Shown here: positions 39,757-56,069 of the stretch, in pieces
Layout: each line of letters begins with the position of its first letter
How positions within the stretch are numbered: the stretch's first letter is position 1
DNA from: Eledone cirrhosa
Lineage: Eukaryota
Assembly: GCA_964016885.1 (NCBI GenBank)
Contig: OZ024740.1
Coordinates: 118,978,001-119,042,000, forward strand
Length of the DNA stretch: 64,000 nucleotides
Reading direction: 5' to 3'
Notes under the pieces: generated by a model
The model's input: the letters and a program-made list of their open reading frames with translations, nothing else
Told to the model about the DNA's origin: nothing
Databases searched by the model: none
Translations under genes and position numbers: made by a program

Positions 39757-42700
39757 TCATTATCATCACCGTTTTACGTCCGTTCTTCCACGCTAGCATG
39801 GGATAGACGGGTTGTCCTGTTGTGGGCAGTGTCTGGTCGGCTGACCATGCCTTGCTCATACAGGAACTGATTTGGCTTGATTTCTACACCTGAATGCCCT
39901 TCCTAACACCAACCTCATTTACAGTGAGTGCTGGGTGCTTTTTCGTGGCGCGCCTACACGTCCACTTTACAGTGTGCGCTGGGTGATTTTTTCCGTGGCA
40001 CCTCCATGACCACCTTACAGTGGGGGTGTGTGGGGGCATATTGTCTATATGCTTCAGCTTGTACCCATGGGAGGTCGGGTACTCTGTATTACTGCGTGAC
40101 GCCAGAGGTCACTGTCGCATGTCATCGCCTTTGAGAGGTGTAATTGGGTAAGGTCGGCTTTTATCACCTCATCCCAGGTCATCTTGGGTCTCCCCACTCT
40201 GCGGTTTCCATCGACTTCTAATGCTCTGCACCTTTTTATGCAGCTGTCATCCTTCATACGCATCACATGTCCATACCAACGCAACCGCGTCTCCTGCACA
40301 CAGCATTTGATTCCTCTTATGCTCAATCTCTCTCTCAATTCATTTATGCTTTGACGTTCGCGTATATTACTATTAAACATCCATTGGAGCAAGCAGGCTT
40401 CGTTTCTCTCTAATCTATGTAAGTCTTCCACCTTCAGCGCCCAGGTCTCACTACCATGCAACATCGCTGTTAGGATACACGCATCATACAGTCTGTCTTT
40501 CATTTTGAGGGAGAAGCCTTTTTCAGCTAGCAGTAGTAGTAGTTCCCTAAACTTCTTCCATCCCGTTCTTACCCTAGTTATTGTACTTTCTGAACACCCA
40601 CCTCCGCTGCTAATTCGGTCACCTAGGTAGCAGAAGCTGTCTTCTGTTTCTACAGAGCCCTCCCAGAGATTGGTGGTACTTGTTTGCTGTGGCTGTTTGC
40701 TGCTTGCTGTCCCAGCACAGCTGCTGCATGTGAAGCCTACATTCTTAATTAAGCTTCCTGAGATCCCGCTACATCTCTTGAGTACCCATTGTTTGCATTT
40801 GGGGCAGAGAATGGAGTTCCTACCTACACCTTTCCTACATACTGAGCAAGGCCATTTCCCTGAGGGGATCGGGGTTCTGTTTTCTCGTCTACTTACAAGG
40901 ACCTTAGTCTTTGTCATGTTGACTTTGAGACCCTTTCTTTCTAGTCCCTGCTTCCAAGTTTGGAATTTCTTCTCTAGTTCTACCATAGATTCAGCTATAA
41001 GTGCGAGGTCATCAGCATGCAGGAGTTCCCATGGGCATCCGGTCTTAAACTCCTCCGTTATTGTCTGCAGGGCTATGATGAAAAGGAGTGGGCTAAGAAC
41101 AGAGCCCTGGTGGACCCCAAACTGTACGCTAAATTCCTCGCTATTCTCATTGCTAATCCTAACTTTGCTGACTGCTCCCCTATACATGCCTTGTACCGCT
41201 TTCACAAGCCATTCATCTACTCCTAGTTTTCTAAGAGCCCACCAGATTACAGCACGTGGAACTCTGTCAAGGGCTTTCTCAAGATCGACAAATGCCAGGT
41301 AGAGTGGCTTACTTTTAGCTAGGTACTTTTCCTGTAACTGCCTGACAAGGAAGAGGGCATCAGTGGTGCCTCTTCCTGGTACAAACCCAAATTGCATCTC
41401 GTCTAGTTTCACCCAGGCCCTAATCAACTGTGCTATAACTCTTTCTGTTACTTTCATGACCTGGTCCATCAGCTTTATAGCTTTATAGTTTCCTCTATCT
41501 AGTGCATCACCTTTAACTTTGTAGCATTTGACAATGATGCTACTGCACCAATCTTTTGGTATGACACCTTCTAGTATTACCTGGTTAACAATACGTGTGG
41601 TTATAGTAGTGACCTACGGACCCAGATGCTTTCAGCATCTCGGCAGCTATACCCGATGGACGGGTTGCCTTCCCCATCTTCATATCTTTGATTGCCTTAC
41701 TTACTACGCTGCTGCTGACTTGTACTGCTGGCCCCTCTATAGGGTCTCCTTGGGGTAGGGTCTCTTGTTCCCATGCATTCTCCTCATTTAGTAATCTATC
41801 ATAATGGCTCTTCCATGCATCTTTCTTCTCAGCACTTGTGAGGGCAGGCTCACCTTTATCATTCCGGATACACTTCATACGACATCACAATTCTCTCTGA
41901 CACACTGCCTCGCAATTCTGAACACCTCCTGTTTCTGGTCCTCACGTTGCAAAACATGCTTGAATTTTCTAGCCTCTGCTTCCCTCCTAGCTAAGTATAC
42001 TTTTCGCCTAGCTTCCTTCTTGGTCTCTATGTAATGTACCCTGCTTCCCCAGTTATTCCATTCTTTCCATGCCTGTCTCTTGGCCTTAACTGCCTCATCT
42101 ACCTTATTGTTCCACCACCAAGTCACTCTCCTCCTGCTTGTGGTCTTACTCCAACCACAGACCTCATCCGTCGCCTCTAGTAAGTTATTTTTTAGGAACA
42201 CCCAGTGATCTTCTACATTGAATGTCTCTATCTGTTCTTACTTACTGTTGTAGGTGTTGAGTAAAATATCTTTAAATCTGTTACTGGTTGAGGGGTCTTT
42301 CAGCTTCCAGATCTTTCGTCTCCAGGTTGGCCTCTGTTTCCAGGTTCGTCTAGTTCTGACTCTGAGGTCGCTGACAACTAACCTATGCTGAGATGTACAT
42401 TCCTCACTAGGGAAGGCTTTTGTGTTTACGACCGTCCATCTGTCACGTCCTCTGATGAGGATAAAATCTATCTGACTAGAATGCTCCCCTGATCTATAGG
42501 TGATCAGGTGGTTGTCGGGTTTTTTGAAGTTTGTGTTACATATCGACATGTCATTGGCGTCGCAGAATTCTAGAAGTCTGAATCCTTCCTCATTTCTTGT
42601 GCCAACCCCATGACCTCCATGGACTCTATTGAAGCCATCGCAGTGTTGACCTACGTGTCCGTTAAAATCTCTTGCGATTATTAGGAAGTCATTGTCGTTT

Positions 42701-43082
42701 GTTAGAGCAGTAGTGTGCATTAGGGACTCGTAAAACCTATCCTTAAGTTCGTCTGGCAACCCCGATTGGGGTGCATAAGCTGATATTATTGTGGTAATTG
42801 TTTTATTCAGGACTAGTCTGAGTTTAAGGATTCTTGTATTTACCCTGTACACTGAGATTACTTTATCTACCCACTTGTCAGCTAGTAGTATACCTACACC
42901 ACCCATCGCATCATCATTTCCCACCCAGAAAAATTTTTTCCTACAAGGACTCTAGCAAACTCTCCTCTCCATCTAGTCTCTTGCACGCAGTATACATCAA
43001 TTTCCTTTCGCTCTAGCATTTCTACAATTTCTCCTGCTGTTCCTTTCATTGTGCTTACATTGATGGTACCAACTTGGAGTTT
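39757..43082 (-). mobile_element. Near full-length RTE LINE subfamily C (APE + RT), disrupted
   Basis: APE: VGTINV, CVQETRW, GVGIL, AYAPQ, DFNGHVG, QIDFIL, SQHRLV (42238-43082); RT ORF 40054-41469 with HADD; frameshifts; (TA)n both sides. Confidence 0.97.
40054..41469 (-). pseudogene. RTE reverse transcriptase ORF remnant (471 aa) with PHD-like insertion
   Basis: QFGF, FVDLEKALDRV, HQGSVLSPLLF, HADD, FCYLGD, GRPKMTW. Confidence 0.92.
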
Positions 43083-43151
<69 letters not shown>

Positions 43152-43153
<2 letters not shown>

Positions 43154-43520
43154 TCATCATTTAACGTCCATCTTGCATGGGTAGGAGAAGCTGTCCCTTT
43201 GTGAGGGATCAGTTCGGAAGACCGTGATTCACTCACATAGAACTGGTTTGGTTTGGTTTGGTATCTACAGTTTGATGCATTTCCTAACACCAACCACATT
43301 TACAGTGTGTGCTGGGTGCTTTTTGCCTTGTCGCCTACATGACTACTTTACAGCGTAGACTGGGTGTTTTTTGTCGTGACACCTACACGATCACTTTACA
43401 GTGTGGACTGGGTGGTTTTTGTATGACATTTACATGACCTCTTTACTCTGTGGACTGGGTGCTCACTTTTGTCATGACACCTACATGATCACTATAGTGG
43501 GCTGGGTTCTTTTGCTGTGG
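43152..43520 (-). mobile_element. RTE 3' UTR fragment with ~5 tandem 48-bp units
   Basis: (CAT)n tail; repeated TTACAGTGTGGACTGGGTG..TTTGTCATGACACCTACA. Confidence 0.8.
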
Positions 43521-43552
43521 CTCTCTCTCTCTCTATATATATATATATATTA

Positions 43553-44870
43553 TGATCTTCACTGTTTAACATCCATTTTTCCACACTAGCATGGGTTAGA
43601 CGAGTTGTTCTGTTGTGAGAAATGCCAGGTCAGGTGACTATGCTTTGTTCATACAGAAGTGTTTTGGCTTGGTTTCTACAGATATATGCCCTTCCTAATG
43701 CCAACCATATTTACAGTGTTTGCTGGGTGTTTTTAGTCATGACACCTACATGACCACTTTATGGTGTGGGCTTGGGAATTTGGTTGGCGAGGTGTGTGGG
43801 TATTAGGAAGGTGGCTATTTAAGCATGTGTCAGGGGTGTAGTATTAGGATGTGGGAGGTTAGTAGAAGGGGGTGGATGCAATGGTAGTTCACACTAGATG
43901 TATGCTTCAGCTTGTGCTCATAGGAGGTGTGTAGTAGTGGGTGGAGTGGAGCTGAAGGTGGTGCATACTCTATCTGTGCTTCAGCCTGTGCTCATGGGGA
44001 GGATTCTTTTCTATTACTGCATTGCACCCAAGATCTCAGTCCTGTGGCATCGTCTTTGAGAGGTATAGTTGTGCAAGGTCAGCTTTTATCTACACTTGGG
44101 TCTTTCCACTCCTTTACTTCCAACAACTTTGAGCACCCTGCACCTTTTTACACAACTGTCATCTTTGATATGCATCACATGTCCATACCAGCAGTCTCCT
44201 CTCCTGCACATTGCATCTGATTCCTCTTATGCCTAGTTTCGTTCTGAGTTTATTTATGCTTTGCCATTCACGTATATTATTATTACACATACATTGGAGC
44301 AAGCAAGTTTAATTTTTTTCCAAACTTTGCAATCCTCTGTACACAGTGACCATATCTTACTACCATGCAACATTGCTGTTCGTATGCATGCATCATACAG
44401 TCTTTCCTTTTGAGAAAAAAGCCTTCTGTAACTAACAATGGTAGTAACTCCCTGAACTTCTTCCATCCCATTCTCACATTGGCTACTGAACATTCGGAAC
44501 ACCCAACCCAGCTGCTAATTTGGTCACCCAGGTAGCAGAAGCTGTCTACTGCTTCTACCGAACCTTCCCAGAATTTGATAGCGCTTGTTTCCTGTGGTTG
44601 TTTGCTGCTTACTGTGCCTGTGCAACAGCCACATGTAAAACTACATTGTTAGCTAAAGTACCTGAGATCCAACTACATATCTTGCTACCTATAGTTTGCA
44701 TTTGGGACAGAGGATGGAATTTCTACCTATACCTTGCCTATACACTGAGCAAGGCCATTTCTCTGAGGGAATCAGAGCTCTGTTTTCCTACTTACTAAGA
44801 CCTTAGTCTTTGTCAGGTTGACTTTAAGACTCTTTGATTGTAGGCCATGCTTCCAGGTTTAGAATTTCAT
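43553..44870 (-). mobile_element. Older subfamily C-like RTE copy
   Basis: MRMGWKKFRELLPLL, LYDACIRTAMLHGS fragments; many frameshifts. Confidence 0.88.
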
Positions 44871-45400
44871 CCCCTTAAAAGATTGTTTTTAATTTTGCCT
44901 TGTTTCCATTTGCTAATATATTAAAGTTTATCAATACTAATGTGACGTATATGTTATCTCTTCTCCCTATCCCATTTATTGCAATGGCTTTCATTTTTTA
45001 ACACAATATCTTATTTTCTTTCTTTTTTCTTCTTTTTTTCTTTTGTTTCATTTATGACTCCCATGCTAAAAGAGGCACCACATTTTTTTCCACATAAAAT
45101 TATATGAGTACTTGTAGCTTAATTGCTATAAATTAATGTTTTGTCTCTTGTCTCTTACTCCACTGGACAGCATTTGACCTATGTCAGGCGCTGTGACACC
45201 AGGTGGACTAGCACTACTAATGGTAGGGGTCAAAACTTCCAGTCCATCACAACGGCCAATGACCCTGGAGTTCCGTGTCCTTCGTTTGTATATTTATTTC
45301 AAAAAAATAATTTTTAAGGTTTTCCTTTTAAAAATTGTTTTACATTTTGCCTTGATTCCATTCATTGTCTTGTCCTCTTTTTCTTAATTTTTCAAAGTTC

Positions 45401-45440
<40 letters not shown>

Positions 45441-47910
45441 ATCTATAAACAAAGGGCTGGGAGGACTCCTCAGCTGTATCAAAGACATGAAAACGTCCCT
45501 AGTGCTAGTGCCATGATAATGTGTATTCTGCATCATGCTCTAGTATGCAAGCAAGATACAGCCTCCAGCATGCCTGAGAGTAGATCTCTTTAAGCACTGA
45601 CTCACTCTATGATGACCCATTCAACCTTTACTAGTAGGAAAAATGGATGTTTCATAATGATGATGATAAGGATGATGAAGATATATATATATTAAGAATA
45701 AGAGGTGAAAAAGAAAAAAAAACTATAAGAGTTTGTCAAATAATCAATTAGACTGAGAATATTTGCGCTACTATTTGCACAATTGTCTGCTGAGGTCGCA
45801 TCAGAAGTTGTAAACCCCTTTGTGAACATTTATCATATTTTCAATGGACAACAGTCTCTTCATGTGCTTTACAACAAACATACACACTCTTATTTACGTC
45901 TATAGTGTGCAAGCACGTGTTAAATGTCTCGTCCCATGATTATGGGCATACACTATATTACAGATTCGCATACATACATATATAATTAATGTATATATAT
46001 ACACACATACCCCCATACCCCCACACATATACCCCCCCACACACACACACACAACATATATGTATATATATAATCAATAAATTATAGATGTATATTTAAA
46101 AATATGTATGTGTTCGTATAATTTATGTGCATTGGTAAATAAACACACAAACTCGCATACATATACATACATAATTATAGATAGATAAATATATGTATAA
46201 ATACATGTATATACATACATACACAAAATACACACCTATATATATAAATGTTTACATATATATATATATATAAATATATATATATATGTATGTATGTATA
46301 TGGGTACCAAACCATATGAAGTGTATATAGATTTTATAGCTCCCCAATATGATCATAAATCAAAGATATTTCAATATATACAGCAAAAGAATTCTACATT
46401 ATGCAGAAATTAATGAATGGAGAAACAAACAGTGTATATAAATCAGTCTTTGGAGAAATAAATGGTTCTAAAATGTATAAGGGCAACTACTATTATTCTA
46501 AACAGAAGTGATAGCATAGAATGCAACAAGAGTTTTGATATTAATAAACTTCTTTCAACTTGGCACGAAATCTCAGATTTATACAGGGTGTGAGGTGGAG
46601 AATTGGGAAGTTGCCATATTCTTGTACTTCCCAAGGTAGTTACCAATATTAATGAAGTGGAATGGATGCAAGTGAGAATTGAAACCTCATGTCAAATATA
46701 CCCTTGCCTTGGGTTTTCTCTGTTACTTTACAATGTTTTCTCAATGTTTGAAATGTAAACTTATTATTTTAAGTTATTGAATTAGTAAAGTTGTTAGAAA
46801 ATCATTATTTCTTCCAATTATTTTCTTTGACACTGAGTTCAAATCCTGCGACGGTAAAATTGTCAGTCATCGTTTTAGGGGTCAATAAATATTGATATAG
46901 GGTGGTGGATTGGTGGAATTATTAGTAATAGACCAAATGCCTCATAGTATATTTTCCAGCTCTTTGCCTTGTCATATAAAATTCCACCTGTTGTCATTAG
47001 CATAAATAGTGATATAAAAGATTAGCACCACTATCAGTAAAAAGCCAAAGAAACCTCCTTCAAGATATAACAACATTAACCGACAGCTAAAACTACTCAT
47101 TTGTGAACCATAACAATAGCAACAATAAACTTCATATTTACAATAATACCTACATATTTAAGGGTGTAAGGATGGACAGAGTGTTGAACAAAATGCCATG
47201 TGGTATTTTGATGAATTTCTTCACATTAAGATTTCAAATCTTGTCATAATCAAGTTTATATTATAAACTTCCAGTGTCTATAAAATGCAGTAAGTGTGCC
47301 AACTTAAGTATGAGTTGATAGAATCAACTGTAGTCCTTTCACTAAATGTGACACCTTGCATCTACATTAGAAATCATATATTACATAAACATATAAGTGA
47401 TATGGGATAGTGTACATAGTATAATTCTGCATTTTTTAATAACATTTGATTAGATAGTTCATAGTTCTGAGTTCAAAACTTGCAATAGGCAACATTTAAA
47501 TAATGCCAGTATCATATCAAATAAGACTTACATTCCTTGTGCCATTTCCCTATTAATCCCTATTACATATAGCCACATTTAAGTATAAAAGCATACAGAC
47601 TTAGAAGGATATCTCACTAAACATATCTATGCATATATAGGTTGACAATAAAACTAAATTAGAAAGTATACATTTTCATGCTAAGCTCAAGAAAAATATC
47701 AAATACAATGAATAAACTTAAGTGATTAAAATAACAACAACAACAGAAAAATATTGGTGGCAGCCGCTAGAAAGAATCAAACTCCATATCTCCCAGAAAC
47801 TGTATAGGTGTTCTGCCAACATTTTTTCATCTTTAAGGTCTTTACCTGATTTTTATAAACTATTTTAAAGCAACTGAGTGTCAGTTATTTTCTATGCTTG
47901 AGCTTCATAC

Positions 47911-47993
<83 letters not shown>

Positions 47994-47997
<4 letters not shown>

Positions 47998-48932
47998 CTT
48001 CGTCAGTGATTTTCCAACCATCATTGGTATTTCATCGCATTAAAAATCATATACCTCAGGTTGGTGCGAGCAATAACTAAAATCGCGTAAAGCGAGGGGG
48101 ACAAGTGAACAACATAGAAGGATAAAAGCAAACCAAAGAAAGGAAATAAACAAGCAACATGGTTGTCCTGGTCAGCATAAGCTGGATGGATTTCATGAGC
48201 GAAAGTTACAGATGTCCGATGTGAGTGAGATGTAAGCAAGAAGAGACCCACTGTAAGCCAAACGGGAGGAAGTGAGAAGGGGAGAAACAGAGAGTGAGTA
48301 AGTGAGAAGGGGAGAAACAGAGAATGAGTAAGTGGAAGTGCGAGGAAGCGGTCAGTCGAGAGAAAATGTAACTGGCAGAGGGGGCGAAAGAGGGTGAGAG
48401 AAACAGAGAGAACGGGGAAGCAGTAAGAGAGAAACAGACAAACGCAGCCGAGTTAAATATATATAAAAAACATGAGAAGAAAGAAGAATACTGCGTGGTT
48501 ACATATGATAAAAATAGTCCTTCGTCAGTGATTTTCCAACCATCATTGGTATTTCATCGCATTAAAAATCATATACCTCAGGTTGGTTGGCTTACAGTGG
48601 GTCTCTTCTTGCTTACATCTGACTCACGTCGGACGTCTGTATCTTTCGCTCATGAAATCCACCCAGCTTATGCTGACCAGGACAACTATGTTGCTTTTTT
48701 ATTTCCTTTCTTTGGTTTGCTTTTATCCTTCTATGTTGTTCACTTGTCCCCCTCGCTTTATGCGATATACTGGTCCCAATAACTTTTTTTAGTTATTGCT
48801 CGCACCAACCTGAGGTATATGATTTTTAATGCGATGAAATACCAATGATGGTTGGAAAATCACTGACAAAGGACTATTTTTATCATATGTAACTCATGTG
48901 CAACCACGCAGTATTCTTCTTTTTTCTCATGT

Positions 48933-48936
<4 letters not shown>
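47994..48936. repeat. Direct plus inverted copies of a non-coding (TA)n-anchored element end (PLE-like inverted pLTR architecture)
   Basis: 47994-48261 is the reverse complement of ~48585-48875; 48467-48584 is the reverse complement of ~48805-48936; TA arrays at both outer ends. Confidence 0.9.
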
Positions 48937-48974
<38 letters not shown>

Positions 48975-48979
<5 letters not shown>

Positions 48980-50147
48980 GTGCTCTGGTGCAATAAGTAG
49001 CAGCAAGTGCCCACGAAATACTAGCTCCTTCAACTGCGCAGAGGGTTCTATAGAAATAGTGGACAGCTTCCGTTATCTGGGTGACAAAATCAGCAGTGGG
49101 GGAGGGTGCTCTGAAAGTACAGTAGCTAGAGTCAGAACTGGATGGAAAAAGTTCAGAGAGCTTATACCACTATTAGCCGCTAGAGGGTTCTCCCTAAAAA
49201 TGAAAGGCAGGTTATACGATGCCTGCATACGAACAGCAATGCTGCATGGCAGTGAGACCTGGGCATTGTGTGCAGAGGATATACGCAGACTAGAGAGGAA
49301 CGAAGCTTGCATGCTCCGCTGGATGTGCAATAGTAATATACGTGAACGGCAAAGCATAAACGAACTAAGGAAAAAATTAGAAATAAGAGGGATCAGATGT
49401 TGTTTACTCGAGAGAAGGCTACGTTGGTACGGTCACGTGATGCGCATGAAAGACGACAGCTGTATAACAAAGTGCAGGGCAATAAAGATAGACGGTAGCC
49501 ACGGAGTAGGCAGACCCAGAAAAACATGGGACGAGCTGATAAATTCCGACCTCACACGCTTACACCTCTCCAAGACAATGTCACTGGACCGAGACCTTTG
49601 GCGGTACTCAGTAATAGAGAAGACCCCCCTTACCTAAATACAAAGTAAAAACCTACTACAGTCAGTAGGCATCTCTATCAAAACACACCCCCGTCCCACC
49701 ACCTCCACCCCACCCACACCGCCCCTTTCAATGTAAAGTTATGTTGGTCCCACAACATCCAGGCCGAAACAAATGAGATCGTGTAGGTGTCACGACAAAA
49801 AACACACAGTCCACGCTGTAAATGTGGCCGTGTAGGCAACACGGTAAAAACCTCCCAGCCCCACACTGTAAATGTGGTTGGTGTTAGGAAGGGCATCCAG
49901 CTGTAGAAAACCCGCCAGACAGTCCACGCTGTAATGTGGCCGTGTAGGCAACACGGTAAAAACCTCCCAGCCCCACACTGTAAATGTGGTTGGTGTTAGG
50001 AAGGGCATCCAACTGTAGAAAACCCGCCAGACAGTCCTATGCGAGCAAGACAACCACTCTTGCCTCAAGTGGGAAAACCCCCGTCCAAACCCATGCAAGC
50101 GTGGAACACGGACGCTAAACCTGATGATGATGATGATGATGATGATG
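48975..50147 (+). mobile_element. RTE subfamily B, 5'-truncated, with ~115-bp tandem duplication in 3' UTR
   Basis: ORF 49059-49637; UTR block ~49806-49925 repeated at ~49919-50037; (TGA)n tail. Confidence 0.95.
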
Positions 50148-50280
50148 TTATACTTGGGGAGGGTCATATTTGTGTAATATTGCCAGAATTAATAACAGAA
50201 CACACTCACTGTTTGGTTGGTTTTCGCTTTATATATATATATATAACGACGGAAATGTTGTAAGGAACCAGAGTGGGTAA

Positions 50281-50371
50281 TAGGAACGAGTAGGATCCCG
50301 ACGGCTGAGCTCAAGACGTTTCGACGGCTAATTCTGGACTGAATTAGCTGTCGGGGTCCTACTCGTTCCTA
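50281..50371. repeat. Short inverted-end element (TAGGAACGAGTAGGA.CCCGAC...GTCGGGGTCCTACTCGTTCCTA)
   Basis: ~26-bp inverted arms around an inner hairpin; related sequence at 53601-53620 and 58828-58895. Confidence 0.85.
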
Positions 50372-50711
50372 TATATATATATATATATATCAACTAGAAA
50401 TTGTTTGACATATGAGTATATCTAAAATAAAGATATGAAATAATCACAGGGGATAATTTGTAAATGTGTGATATGGAGCATGTCTATCCGACATTAATTT
50501 ATCTTAATTTTGGATATATATATATCATCATCATTCCATTTTATGTCCGCTTTTTCCCTGCTTGCAAGGGTGGGACGGGAACTGATTCTGGATGCCCTTC
50601 CTAACCACAACCTCATTTACAGTGAGTGCTGGGTGCTCTTTTGCCGTGGCACCTGCACGACCACTTTGCAGTGGAATGATAGGGATCTCAGTCCCTTTCA
50701 TGTCATTTCTA

Positions 50712-52869
<2,158 letters not shown>

Positions 52870-52872
<3 letters not shown>

Positions 52873-53023
52873 TCATCATCATCATCATCAACGTTTAACG
52901 TCCGTGTTCCACGTTTGCATGGGTTTGGACGGGGGTAGTCCCATTTGAGGCAAGAGTGATTGTCTTGCTCGCATAGGACTGTCTGGCAGGTTTTCTACAG
53001 TTGGATGCCCTTCCTAACACCAA
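52870..53023 (-). mobile_element. RTE subfamily B terminal 3' UTR fragment in (TA)n
   Basis: (CAT)n tail to GGATGCCCTTCCTAACACCAA. Confidence 0.9.
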
Positions 53024-53104
53024 TATATATATATATATATGGCGGGTGTTTTCGCGTATGCAGGTGTATGTACGTTTATAGATGCGTGTATGGATATATT
53101 TAAT

Positions 53105-53666
<562 letters not shown>

Positions 53667-53669
53667 TAT

Positions 53670-55897
53670 AATAATTAAATATATCCATACACGCATCTAT
53701 AAACGTACATACACCTCCATACGCGAAAACACCCGCCATGCATGCATATACATGCATGTACACATAAACCCGCACGCATACGAACGTATACACCAAATAC
53801 ACATAAAACATATATATATATGTGTGCGTATATACATATAATTATATAAATGTATATAAATATACACATAAATACGTATATAACGCACGCACACACATAC
53901 CTACGGTTACATACACATATGTTCACAAAACGACGTCAACTAAAACACAATGCACACATATACACACCTTACATACGTGCATACACTCATACACGCATAC
54001 ACACAGAAACACAAAATACACATATACACATAACCATATACACAGATACCAGTATATATAATATAATATATACACCTATAACAAATACAAGCATATCTAC
54101 GTACGAGAAAGTATACGTACCTTCACAAAACATACGGGTAAGATATACTTACCTATACAAATAAGTAATGGTATAAGCATAAAATATACTTAGATACCAC
54201 ATCAAGACGTAACATATCCGCGTATTGTTCGTAATATCTTTTCGGGTATAATGTGGGGCTGTAATACAGGAAAGTTCTAAGCAATTTGTGTTTACAAGCC
54301 GAAATTGCCTCAGATTTTTTGTTTAAGATGTGATCATTGGCGTAGAGTATTTCCATGGCTTCAGCGGCGCAAAGATCTCATGGTCTTTTATATCCGTTAT
54401 ACGATCTAGCTTTAGCTAGGATCTGCCAGTGTAACCTATATTGAGTGTGGTTGTCTTTTAGACACCAGATATAAGCTGAAAGTAACGTCATATTCCTTCT
54501 TAAACGGCTAAGAAAAGAATGAGTGTGCATGTAAAGACGCTGTTTGAATCTATTGGCGGTTAACCCTATGTAAACCCTAATAGACGTTGGTGCTTCGACT
54601 TTACATTTGTAGACAATGTTACTGGAGAGTCATTTCCCGGATAGAGGGCAGTCAACCCGATTCCTACAATTACAGTTAGTACTAGCTACAGGGTTGCAGC
54701 TAGGTAAGATCTTAGCTAATAGTGTGACCACCTCCATATTATATGGTGGGTTATACCATATAATTCGTCGGGATCTATTTTTCTTTGGTTTGTGCTCATA
54801 ATTATATGTTACCTTATTGACAAATCCACTCCGATCAAGAGCTTCATTGTAATATGTGGAATGGTCAGTGAAAATATGCTTGTTTGTAGATAGACGGGAT
54901 GAAAGCCTCTTAGAAATGTTTCTTACCAGGTTTTTTGTTATGCTGGCAGGGGTGTTAGGATGCTTACTTATGTAATTAAGCGTATCATTCGGCTTTCTAT
55001 ACGGGTAGTGCAAGCCATTCGACAAATTGAGGGTAACGTCGAGGTAATTAACGACCAAGATGTTGGCCTCAACATGTATGGAGAGGTTGAAGCCTTTAAA
55101 GAAGGCTGTAAATTCTTTTCTAAACCTATCGCAAACTCGTGGACCGCAATGTTTCATGGTCAAAAGACCATCATTGCGTTACAAACCACCGCTCACATTA
55201 AGGAATTCTTCCTTGATAGAGAAAAGAACAAAGAGGCCGATAAGATCTGTAACTCTGCCGAATCGCTAGCGCCCATACTCACGTCGAATGGGGTACTATT
55301 AGATTTTTTAATCCAAATAGAGTCGTCGAAATTAATCACCGACTTACGGACATTGAGGATGACGTCAACTTCGAAATCCTTAACCACCGTGAGCGTTTTA
55401 GCGAAATTGATAGCTCTAATTATTATTACTTTTATGATTTTAATAACCTCTGTTATTTTCGTTCTACTAATTTATTTACATTATTCATAACTCTGAAGCC
55501 GAGAATCATTCGGTTTCCTAAATAGAATTTTAGTCTACGACTCCATTTATACCATAAACGTGGTTTTGTCTTTGCGTGTAATTACTCTCATCGTGCCACA
55601 TAACGACGTATTATCATCTCTTCTTTCCATTCATTGCCAGGGAACGTCTTCACGAACCAAAGTATCGTCTTCCTGTTTTCCTTCGGTTGCAACGTTTTCG
55701 AAATATTTACTTCTGCGTTCATAGATTGATTTTTTTTAGTTTCAGAAGATCCTGTTGAGGGGGAAAGCAGCGATTCTTTGCTTAAACTTTAATCTGTTAT
55801 TTTAATAAGTATTTGCTCTAGGGTTCTTATATATTTGATATACATTTATCCTTATCGAGCCCTCTTTGGATTTTAGTCTTCACATTTATTATTATTA

Positions 55898-55900
<3 letters not shown>
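53670..55900 (-). mobile_element. Penelope-like element, Naiad-type, decayed (PLE-2) with TGA codons at conserved Cys sites
   Basis: FDVSMGASDSAE, GGL*RNDGLL, VNYLDVTLNL, WYNPPY, CNCRNRVDCPLSGK*, IVYKC..VYIGLT..FKQR, P*DLC..E, LNKKSE..CKH. Confidence 0.9.
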
Positions 55901-55939
<39 letters not shown>

Positions 55940-56069
55940 ATGGATTATCCATTTATTTTGAGACTTGAAACCGCGCGGTAAGGGTAAATATAGTGGGTAC
56001 AGTAAACTTTTAAAAATTTATTTTAAAACTTTTTCTCTATTTGCTAAACCTTGATTATATATATATATA

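Noticed and set aside
40670-41302. 210-aa antisense ORFs (also 61925-62557)
   Set aside because: Shadow frames opposite the RTE RT; shared only because the copies are homologous
43290-43520. Regular 48-bp repeats as a CRISPR-like array
   Set aside because: Head-to-tail without unique spacers; part of the RTE 3' UTR in eukaryotic DNA
48855-48915. Hammerhead in the inverted cassette (CTGACGAAGG/CTGACAAAGG)
   Set aside because: No downstream GAAA-stem III-UH found
54090-54210. SECIS candidates near the PLE-2 ORF end (GTGAAGGTACG..CGTACGTAGAT; TGATGTGGTAT..ATACCAT)
   Set aside because: First has too short a helix and no apical AA; second lacks the 3' GA of the quartet; not called without SECISearch
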